A stretch of DNA of 64,000 bases from Eledone cirrhosa (taxonomy: Eukaryota): contig OZ024750.1 in NCBI GenBank assembly GCA_964016885.1, positions 13,516,001 to 13,580,000 on the forward strand. The letters are read 5' to 3'. The notes beneath the pieces were generated by a model that did no database searches, had not been told where the DNA came from, and saw only the letters and a program-made list of their open reading frames with translations. Every line of letters begins with the position of its first letter. Positions within the stretch are counted from its first letter, which is position 1. Both the position numbers and the translations under genes were made by a program. This document shows, piece after piece, positions 1-10,645 of the stretch.

Positions 1-62
1 CCCCAAACCATTGTCGATCTTCTATTCCTGTGGCACTTTTAAACTGAGTAGAATATGCTTCG
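1..62 (-). other. Possible exon of a gene running off the left edge
   Basis: ttttatgcatcag acceptor; open frame EAYSTQFKSATGIEDRQWFG, or a 5'UTR with ATG at 10-12; lies downstream of the promoter-like segment on the minus strand. Confidence 0.25.
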
Positions 63-111
63 CTGATGCATAAAAAGGTTGCCGGATTTATTAGTAATTC
101 GACTAAATAAC

Positions 112-472
112 TAATAATTGTTTCTACTTTTGGCACAAGACCAGCAATTATCCCAGTGCATTAATGGTACTTTATTTATCGACCTCGAAAGGAAGAAAGG
201 TAAAGTTAACCTCGGCTGGATTTGAACTCAGAACGTAAAGGGCCGTAACTCCGTGTTGATAACCCACCGCCTTAAATAACTAATAATTGTTTCTACTTTA
301 GGCACAAGACCAGTAATTTTGGGGGAGGGGAAAGTCGATTAAATCGACCCCAGAGCGTGACTGGTACTTTATTTTATCGACCCCGGTCGGATGAAAGGCA
401 AAGTTAACCTCGGCGGGATTTGAACTCAGACCGTAAAGGGCCGTAACTCTATGCTGCTAACCCACCACCCTT
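112..472 (-). mobile_element. Two head-to-tail tRNA-derived MetaSINE-type copies
   Basis: B box GAGTTCAAATCC and Meta-like core CTTTGCCTTTCATCC..GGGGTCGATAAAATAAAGTACCAG on the minus strand; taaataact direct repeats at both ends and between the copies. Confidence 0.8.
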
Positions 473-1354
473 AAATAACTAATAATGATGCCAACAATTA
501 TTAAAAAAGCGGATGTATTGTACTTTTCCCAGCAGGAACTATTAGACTTTTGTAAACATTAAGCAAATATTTCTTCAAATGAATTAAACGAGAAACGTTT
601 GTTAGCAGGGGAAACGCCAGCACTTGAGTAGATGACCGACAGTTCGGTTTCTACGTATCACTGAGTACAACGAACAATTAATGTATTCTCCAATTATTGA
701 AATTCATTAACTTTAACATTTTCACCGCCTAAAATAATTGGAGTGGTAATCAAATGAAGTAATGTTAGTTCTCTTATTAGGACTTCCATTCAAATACGGC
801 ATTATCACATTGTCCAAACTCACGGCAGATCACCTTTTACTCAACAATAAATTATTGTATTTTATAGGCGATAAAGTACACTGATTCTTGTATATAATTA
901 AATCATACGAATGGCAAATAATGTACAGCATATTTACATATAACGACATTATCTGTAAAACATACCAGCAACTAACGGCACAGCAAAAGAAAACAGTTAC
1001 AAAAATAAAACATTAACCTGAAAATCGACAATCCAAATAAACTAGTTAATAGAAAACAATCATTCCCATATTCAACTAAAAACTGACAATAATACATAAA
1101 AAGGTAAAATTTTTCGCATGTTAAAAGAAAATATTAAACTAACTCCACAAAACCGAGACATGCGATTCTAATTCTGCAAATCAAATATTAGAATATAAAC
1201 AAACCTTAAAACCAAAGGGAAATATAACTTGAAATTATTATCATGAACTTGAGGTATAAATTGCTATGATAGACTTGTAATCTATGTTGGTCTGAAAAAC
1301 TTAATCTAACAGAGCCTTAAGACAGTCCTAATTAGTGAAACGATCACCAAGAGG

Positions 1355-1445
1355 TTTAATGGTGACGTTTTCAGGTTTGTGAGTTACGTCACTTCCTTTA
1401 CAAAACAGAAACGCAGCGGAAGTTCCGCCGCTTGACTCCAATGTA
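1355..1445. promoter_or_regulatory. CpG-rich promoter-like segment with CRE/ATF (TGACGT, TTACGTCA) and ETS (CACTTCC, CGGAAG) motifs, possibly bidirectional
   Basis: Local CpG enrichment in CpG-poor DNA; a clustered ETS-CRE composite is typical of metazoan housekeeping promoters. Confidence 0.5.
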
Positions 1446-1617
1446 ATTTATCTCCTTTGCTTGTTGTTTTCGATTGTTAACACTTTAAGGATGAAATATT
1501 TTCTACTAATTGCTTAAATAACCGCAGCCGACCGAAGTTTTCCACCTATGTATTTGTATTTGGTATGTAGAACGCTGCCTTGAGATATTTTCCATTAGCC
1601 ATATTGTTGATATTTAT

Positions 1618-1806
1618 AATAATTGTTTCTACTTTTGGCAAGGCCAGCAATTAACAGTGCATTACTGGTACTTTATTTTATCGACCCCCGTAAGAATGAA
1701 AGGCAAAGTTAACCTCGGCGGGATTTGAACTCAGAATGGCAAGGGCCGTAACTCCATGCGTCAAAGCATGGCGTCCGACTCTCTACCGATACTTCCAATC
1801 CGCCAC
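1618..1806 (-). mobile_element. MetaSINE-type SINE, full length
   Basis: Same family as 112-472; flanked by the direct repeat ttgatatttataat. Confidence 0.85.
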
Positions 1807-4442
1807 CCACATTGATATTTATAATCCACCACCCCTTTGATATTTATAATAATCAACGTCACTACATTCCTTTTATTTCTATGTCCCTTTTAGTCTGCCT
1901 ATAATATGTTTCGCTGAGGAGTTTCAAGAAATATGTTCTTTGCTGTCTTTATAAACGACATAAACTGCATTAATATGCATTCCCCAATATTCTGATCAAC
2001 TGAGTCATTTGCACTTTAACAGATGATCAAAGTATGCTTGAGTAGATTCTACTTATGATGTCCAATAAGACTGAAAAACTGTTTATAGTTGTTCGCCTGC
2101 CTGTAAACAAAGATCAAATGTGTACAATAACCATATCAATTAATTTAGCAAAATCTTTCATTTTTACAATTATCCCCACTTTTGTTTGAGAGTCCTTAAC
2201 AATTACTGCTTGTTTTAGGTTTTCATAAGACGCAAATTTCAATTGATGGAGAGTTTTTTGCATATATGAAATTAGTAGACTCACTAGTAAACTTCTACCA
2301 GCTAGAAATAGCAAACAAATCTACCTCAAATCACACCATCCTTTGATCATAGTTCACCTGGAGTTAAGCAACTCAGTTCTACATAAGAGAATGTTTCCAC
2401 TTAATTGTTTACATTAGATCCTTGATTGATTTGGTTAATATGAGGTTGTCAAATCAAGATCAATGGGTTGTCATTGCAATCTGCACCTGTTTTGTCAATT
2501 TCTGACGTCTTTCATCTTGGAAGAAATGTGTTTGTCTGTAAGGTATCATTAAATGGTTAGGAGTAAAATTTAAAATACAGTTGTCTGGGAAGATCACTAA
2601 GAAGGTAATCGTTTCTTTTTCGTATTTGTTTACAAAGAGTTTTACGAAGCTTCTGACTGAATAAAAACTTGCAGTTAAACAGAAAATACTTGACAAAATA
2701 TTTCAAATTAGAACACTTGTTGTTTTCTTTTTTATAAGAACATGGTGTGCCTCATAGCAGAGAGGAAATGAGTTAGCTGGAACAATCACCATTTAAATTA
2801 AATATTTACATTATAAAATGAAATTTTATTGTGTTTGTTTTAGTCATGATGGCTAAGGTTATGCTGGAGCATCGTCTAAGTTAGGAAAAATATAAAGGAA
2901 AATTTGGTACATCACATTGCTGCTTTCAATATTTCTATGCAATAATAGTGATTTCTGATTTAGGCACTAGACCAGCAATTTAGTAGAAGGGAAAGTTATT
3001 TAACTGGTACTTAATTTTATCAAGTTCAGGAGGATGAAAGGCATAATAACAATTTCTTTATTAACCACTTGGGCCATGAAGGGCATAACCTGCTAAGAAA
3101 ATGTCCATAGGGGCCCTAGTCATTCAGTTGGTAATTTTTTACAATAACATATGCTCGGGTTTGGGTTTGCTTACCCCACAAGACTCCTGATCTGTTCACC
3201 AGTTGTTGTTACTTGTGGATGTCTTCAGCTTCAGGAAGTATTTAAGATAACTAAACATTCCTCAGCTACAACATGTACTTTATTATGTTCAGCACTAATA
3301 TGGTATTATTCTGAAACTAGCCTTCAAGTGTGGTGCTATGTTAGTCAGACATCTACAAAACCAAAATACTTCAGCGATCATTATTCCCCTGTTCCACATT
3401 GTATCTGTTACCTCATATAAATATATCCATGTCCTCTGCCTCTAGCAGAGACTGATTTTGAGATCCTGTCATACCATAAAGACCATATTGACCATTTCCC
3501 TGGCTGCAATAACTGGCAATATGACTTACTTGGTTACATAAGATGTAATATATTACCTTGGGCTTTGATTCTTTGTAATCCCTAACTGTGTGCAAACATT
3601 GGTACCTGAAATACTATTTCTTAAACGTCTGTCTCTCCTTGGTCTTTATCATACACTGGTTGCTACCTCATTTTATAAGACTCTCCTGTTGGTACTGCCA
3701 CACATTTTTGCATGTTGTTTAGCATCAACAGCATAGCATTAACCTCTAATTTGCCTTTTATCATTGTTTTGATATATGATCATGGAAGCCAGTCACAAAT
3801 GCCAACTTCACCATTCTCTCCATTGCTTCTCTAGAAAGCCTGGGTAACTAAGATAGTTTCCTAATTTCATTCAGAAAAACATCCGCCTACTCTCCTGTCC
3901 ATTTCACAGTTCATAGCTATGCACTAATAATAATAATAATGAAATTATTGTGTACAATACTCTTTCTGTGAACACTTCTTTTAATTGACTTTCGAATTTA
4001 CCTGCATCTTCTTGGCCAAACACATCCATTTCTAGATGCAGATGACCCTATCCTTTTGCCAGAAAATGGCTTGAGGACATTGGTACTAACTCTTATTTTT
4101 GTCAACATATCAATTGCAAGAAATATATATATATTTATACACACACACACACACATGTACATATATACACATATAGATGTATATATAGGAAAACAAGTTA
4201 TTTTAAATATAAACAATAAATATATATTGAACAGAGGACTCTATACATGGGTTGTGTTGAATATTATTACAATATATATATATATTAATACCTAATATAT
4301 ATATATATATATATAAATATGTGCATGTTTTTTATGCATATATGTATAAATATATATGTGTATGTACACATTTCTCATACAAGTATTAATTAATATCATA
4401 TATTAGAATTGTTGCTCTGAAATAGCTATATATATATATGAA

Positions 4443-4566
4443 TGTATATATAGTGTATTTTGCAATACACTGTATGCTTAATAAAAAGCATTTTGAAGAC
4501 CTTATGCTATTGTTTTAGAGTAGTGACAGGCTCACTTACTTTAATTTCAGCAAACAGGGGAGATAA

Positions 4567-4603
<37 letters not shown>

Positions 4604-4729
4604 CTTTATCTCCCCTGTTTGCTGAAATTAAAGTAAGTGAGTCTGTCACTACTCTAAAACAATAGCATAAGGTCTTCAAAATGCTTTTTATTAAGCATAC
4701 AGTGTATTGCAAAATACACTATATATACA
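4443..4729. repeat. Inverted repeat, 131-bp arms, poly-T loop
   Basis: 4443-4573 is the reverse complement of 4599-4729 with one difference. Confidence 0.95.
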
Positions 4730-5759
4730 ATATCATATATGTTTAACTCTTAATACTCTGAAAAGATTCAGCAGAAAATAACTAAAAACTAGTTTGTTAA
4801 TTAAAATCTTTCTAGTATCTTCACTAGTGGACAAATGATTGTAAAAAAATGCAGTAAACTTAAGTATAGACCATCATTTTTAACCCATTCATCACCAAGT
4901 ACTTTCTGATGCAGTACTTTGTATTTTAAGTAATTAATGAAGGAGTTGGGAAGTATTTGCTTGATTTATAGTTTTATTAAGATGACATTTGTAATGTAAA
5001 CAAGTGTTCTTATATAAAATTATGTTGGAATTTATGTACAAACAATTTAAGATGGTGGTTTTGTTTTGCAGAGCTAGACGGTTTTGTTGAGTTGGTATCA
5101 AAAGAATTAATGTAGTGCAATCATAGAGTTATTTTGTACTTTTCAACAATGTCTTGCTAATGTAGTCTCATGAGTTAAGACTTGCAATAAATGTTTGATA
5201 CTAAAGCATAAGCTTATAATATTATTTAGATTTGGTCCCATGTTTTACATTTTATAGCTGTTGATGCAGCAATTGACAGCATGTATGGGTCTGTTGGTGT
5301 GTGTATAAAAGAAAATATCTATACTTGATTGGATTATGTCATTCAAAAGTTCTTTTCTGAGGTTTCTGACAGAATGTTGACATCCATTGTGTTTTCATCT
5401 TTAGTTATTTACATTTGCTGTAAAATTAAAAATTACTATTATGATATTAAAAATTAAAAAAATTAAAATTTTTTAATCAAATATATATATATACAGACAG
5501 GTTTTGTTTTTTGTCCTACAAGGTGTCTAGAATCCCCCTCCTCACCAATCAAACTTGGTGGGATTGCTGGTTTAGTCGCCGACATTAAAGTTTGAAAAGA
5601 AGACAAATATAGATAAATCTTCATATATATATATATATAACTTATGAATGTAATCACTTTATGCTATATGAACATACAGATGGTAAAATATACCTTTTCA
5701 ATATTCTTGCAGTGTGATACTTTAGCCACTTATCTTTTCACAATTGTTATTGATTATAT

Positions 5760-6000
5760 AATGAGATAAGCTATAGTTAAGATAATCTATAGATAAAATA
5801 AGTTATAGTTTAGATAATCTATAAATAAGATAAGTTATAGATGAGATAAGCTATAGATAAGATACGTTATAGTTGAGATAATCTATAGATGAGATAAGCA
5901 ATAGTTCAGATAAATTATTGATGAGATAAGTTAAAGATGAGATAAGCTATAGATAAGATAATCTACAGATGGGATGCTATAGATGAGATAAGCTATGGAT
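5760..6000. repeat. Degenerate short-period tandem repeat (gataagctatagat)
   Basis: Recurring agataag[ct]tatag. Confidence 0.8.
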
Positions 6001-6194
6001 GTCAAATCAGAACTTGGCTTCAGCTTCACAATCAGGAGAAGCAGATGTCTAACATTAATAGCTGTGTCCAATATTATGTATGCTGACTACATTGCCTTCC
6101 TAAAAAAAAAAGATACAAAAAATACAAGAACTTATAGGTAGAGAAGGAAGCTGAGCAAGTTGGTCTATTAATCAATAATAATAAAATAGAGCTT

Positions 6195-7105
6195 CATCAT
6201 CATCATCATCACCGTTTTACGTCCGTTCTTCCACGCTAGCATGGGTTAGACGGGTTGTCCTGTTGTGGGCAGTGTCTGGTCGGCTGACCATGCCTTGCTC
6301 ATACAGGAACTGATTTGGCTTGATTTCTACAGCTGGATGCCCTTCCTAACACCAACCTCATTTACAGTGAGTGCTGGGTGCTTTTTCGTGGCGCCTACAT
6401 GTCCACTTTACAGTGTGGGCTGGGTGCTTTTTTGCCGTGGCACCTCCACGACCACCTTGCAGTGGGAGGGTGTGGGGGCATATTGTTTATATGCTTCAGC
6501 TTGTACTCATGGGAGGTCGGGTACTCTGTATTACTGCGTGTCGCCAGAGGTCACGGTCGTGTGCCATCGCCTTTGAGAGGTGTAATTGGGTAAGGTCGGC
6601 TTTTATCACCTCATTCCAGGTCATCTTGGGTCTCCCCACTCCGCGGTTTCTATCAACTTCTAGTGCTCTGCACCTTTTTATGCAACTGTCATCCTTCATA
6701 TGCATCACATGTCCATACCAACGCATCCGCCTCTCCTGCACACAGCATTTGATTCCGCTGATGCTCAGTCTCTCTCTCAATTCATTTATGCATTGTCGTT
6801 CGCGTATATTACTATTACACATCCATCGGAGCATGCAGGCTTCGTTTCTCTCTAATCTACGTAAGTCTTCCACCTTCAGCGCCCAGGTCTCAGTACCATG
6901 TAACATTGCTGTTCGGATACACACATCATACAGTCTGCCTTTCATTCTGAGGGAGAAGCCTTTTGCAGCTAGCAGTGGTAGTAGTTCCCTGAACTTCTTC
7001 CATCCCGTTCTTACCCTAGTTATTGTACTTTCTGAACACCCATCTCCGCTGCTAATTCGGTCACCTAGGTAGCAGAAGCTGTCTACTGTCTCTACAGAGC
7101 CCTCC
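6195..7105 (-). mobile_element. 3' fragment of the same RTE LINE family
   Basis: ORF 6496-6945 is homologous to 18090-18518; (TGA)n tail at 6195-6210. Confidence 0.9.
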
Positions 7106-7753
7106 CAGAGATTGGTGGTACTTGTTTCCTGTGGCTGTTTGCAAGCTTATGAAATTAAATCATGGAGATCCAGACTCAAAATCTGGACAGTAATAAAGAG
7201 TTGAAAATATTTTAAGCTTATATAGCCAGCACAGAAAAGGGTATTAAAAAAAAAAGCAATTGCGTTGCAAGTATGTAATAAATTATCATAGCTGCATCTG
7301 AGGAAGAGTCTTAACATCAAACCCTTTTTAGTAATGGTTGAATCTGTCTTATGTAAGACATGGGCACTCACAAGGATGCTTGGAAATCAATGTATGGATG
7401 GTTGTTAACACCACTCCCAATGTTTAATTAAACTATATTAAAACTAATTAGCATAGATAATGAACATTAAAAGATGATAAAATGTCACTAAAACTAATGT
7501 CAGTATTTTGAAATGATATCAATGGCTGTAGAATAATGTAAACAATAAAGAGATGGTTGAAAATATTTGGTGCTATTTTCTTAAATCTCTTTTATATTTT
7601 GAGTTCAATTTCTGTACTTCATCTTTTTAGACTTAGAAAAATAATTAACAGTCATGTACTGGGATCAATTTAATAAACTATACCCTTTCCGTACAAATCT
7701 CTAGTTTTGTTTTAAAGTTAGAAATTATAATTTTGAAATCGCATTTGCTTTAA

Positions 7754-7971
7754 CCCTTTAGCATTTAAACTGGCCGTATCTGGCCAGAACTCTCTCACCT
7801 CTTTCTGTTCAAACCAGCTATAACTGGCCACTCATATTGATGTTAAGGTATTGTTCTCAAAATAAATAATATCAAAATCTCATTCAATATTATGTGAGAT
7901 AATTATATGAGATAAAGCCTTTACCATGGAAATATGATAGTATATATTAGAGTAATGTAAATGCTGAAGGG
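7754..7971. mobile_element. piggyBac-like MITE (TTAA target; family also near 13784-14002, 14662-14860, 27210-27480, 34459-34550, 37230-37441)
   Basis: TTAA|CCCTTTAGCATTTA ... TAAATGCTGAAGGG|TTAA. Confidence 0.85.
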
Positions 7972-8000
7972 TTAATGCAAATTTTCTTTTTAAGAATAAT

Positions 8001-10645
8001 TTACTGACATACACTCACAAGGTTTAATGAGGCAAACTGAATAGTAAATCTAAAGACAAAAAGAAAAGCAGAATTAGTTGAGAATTGCTTCGAAAATCTT
8101 TCATACGTACCAAAAGAAAGATTGTCTGCAGCTTTACTGGAAATATTCAACATCCTCAATTCTGGATGATTTCTTAGAGTAGTTTTATTCATTGACAATA
8201 TTTTCTTGAATTTCTGAACTGCTGATTTCAATTTATTCAAGAAAGTAGAATGTTTATTATACTCTGTTCTAATGTTTCTGTTCACAGAATTATTGCCTCC
8301 ATTCTCATTAGTCTTATTAGAAACTGTTACAGTGGTTTGGCTATTGTAGTAATTAATTTCCTTGGTATCAGAATAGTTGGAAAATTCAGCTGGATTCCTG
8401 GTTATATCTTGAAAATCTTTTTTTTCGTCACTTTCTGTGTTCAGTGTAACTACATTCACACAACTTTTTTTCACAGGTGTATCATTGAGAGATTGTTGAT
8501 CATCTAACTCATTCCTTATATTTTCATTGATTGTAGTCTCTTCTAATACTTTGTCTCTAGTGCTACTGTCTGTTAAACCTTTCTTAGAACTTTCTGCTTC
8601 TGTAAAGGTTAGAACTGGGGGTTTTACTGTAGGAATATTAAATATTTGGTTTATATTCTTTATATCTTGGTCCATTGCAACTTTTCGCACTTGGTCCATA
8701 TTTCTGAAGTTAGGGTCATTTTTTAGGTGGATTATATTGGTGACGTTGGGACAACCTTCTAGGTTTGTCATCAAAACATTTTGTCCTTGGTCTACATTGA
8801 TGACGCCGGGACAATCTTCTAGATTTGTCATTGAAACATTTTCTCCTTGGTCTCTATTGGTAGAGTTGAGGTAATCGGCTTCGTTTGTCATCAAAGTATT
8901 TTCTCCTTGGTCTCTATTGGTAGAGTTGAGGTAATCATCTTTGTTTGTCATCAAAGTATTTTCTCCTTGGTCTCTATTGGTGGAGTTGAGGTAATCGTCT
9001 TCGTTTGTCATCAAAGTATTTTCTCCTTTGTCTCTATTGGTGGAGTTGAGGTAATTGTCTTCGTTTGTCATCAAAGTATTTTCTCCTTGGTCTCTATTGG
9101 TGGAGTTGAGGTAATCGTCTTCGTTTGTCATCAAAGTATTTTGTTCTTTGTCTCTATTGGTGGAGTTGAGGTAATCGTCTTCTTTTGTCATCAAAGTATT
9201 TTGTCCTTGGTCTCTATTGGTGGAGTTGAGGTAATCGTCTTCGTTTGTCATCAAAGTATTTTCTCCTTTGTCTCTATTGGTGGAGTTGAGGTAATCGTCT
9301 TCGTTTCTCATCAAAGTATTTTGTCCTTGGTCTCTATTGGTGGAGTTGAGGTAATCGTCTTCGTTTCTCATCAAAGTATTTTGTCCTTGGTCTCTATTGG
9401 TGGAGTTGAGGTAATCGTCTTCGTTTCTCATCAAAGTATTTTGTCCTTTGTCTCTATTGGTGGAGTTGAGGTAATCGTCTTCTTTTGTCCTAAAAGTATT
9501 TTGTCCTTTGTCTCTATTGGTGGAGTTGGGATAATCGTCTTCATTTCTCATCAAAGTATTTTGTCCTTTGTCTCTATTGGTGGAGTTGAGGTAATCGTCT
9601 TTGTTTGTCATCAAAGTATTTTGTCCTTTGTCTCTATTGGTGGAGTTGAGGTAATCGTCTTCGTTTCTCATCAAAGTATTTTGTCCTTTGTCTCTATTGG
9701 TGGAGTTGAGGTAATCGTCTTCGTTTCTCATCAAAGTATTTTGTCCTTTGTCTCTATTGGTGGAGTTGAGGTAATCGTCTTCGTTTCTCATCAAAGTATT
9801 TTGTCCTTTGTCTCTATTGGTGGAGTTGAGGTAATTTTCTGTGTTTGTCATGCGAACATTTTGTCCTTTGTCTCCATTGTTGGGGTTAAGGTAATTTTCT
9901 GTGTTTGTCATGCGAACATTTTGTCCTTTGTTGGTTTTAAGGTAATTTTTTGTGTTTTTCGCTGAAATATTTTCTTTCTTTGTATTGGTGGAGTTAGGTT
10001 TGTTTTCTATATTCTCTCTATACGCTATATTGAATTTTCTTGTTACTTTCCCTCCATCTGTATTTTTAATGGTTATTTGTGTGAAAATTTCAAAATTGTT
10101 GGGTAACACATCATTTCTTTCTATTAAATATTTCTCCAGTGAGGCATTTTCCTCGTCATCTATTTTACTTTTAATTTCATTTTCACTAAAACCTAAAGTA
10201 ACATTACTTGACAGATCAATAGGTGCTTGTTTTTCAAGCTTTATGCTCATATTAAAAAATTGTGGTACTTTTTTTATAATGTTTAGCAAAGAGTTCCCTG
10301 ATATATTTTCATCTGAATCATTTATAATTTCTACGTTGTTGCCATTAGAAATATTACTTTCTGGAGCTTTGTCTTTAGTCTCGTCCGTAGTATATGGAGT
10401 TTTGCGCACATGTCTCACATTTTTATAATGAATATGAAAACTATAATTTCTGTTGTTACTTGCAACTCCATTTGAGTACAAACCAGTGTTATTACCTACA
10501 TCCTCAATTTGTTCCTCAGAATTTTTATGTAGTTGAATATCATTTCCATGTAATAATGCTAACTTCAAAGAGTTGTTCAATGGCTCTTTTATTGATTGTT
10601 TAATTGGAATAATTATTACTTTATTAAAAGTAAGATTTTCTTCAT
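8001..10645 (-). CDS. Large repeat-containing exon of the secreted protein
   Basis: ttttcag acceptor at 10646-10648 in frame with ORF 8001..10580; open across more than 1.4 kb of non-repetitive AT-rich sequence as well as the repeat. The C-terminus is uncertain because of a possible 61-nt intron at 8050-8110. Confidence 0.82.

Noticed and set aside
4031-4082. Exon-like segment DADDPILLPENGLRTL
   Set aside because: Better explained as a decayed RT YADD fragment; no compatible partner exons found
8821-9840. CRISPR-like regular array
   Set aside because: Contiguous tandem units with no unique spacers, eukaryotic context, no cas genes; the same applies to the 39-48-bp minisatellites
8847-9965. 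372-aa hydrophobic + strand ORF (VSIGGVEVIVFVCHQSILSF repeats)
   Set aside because: Antisense shadow of the stop-free 60-bp repeat; it is confined to the repeat, whereas the minus frame extends beyond it and has splice partners
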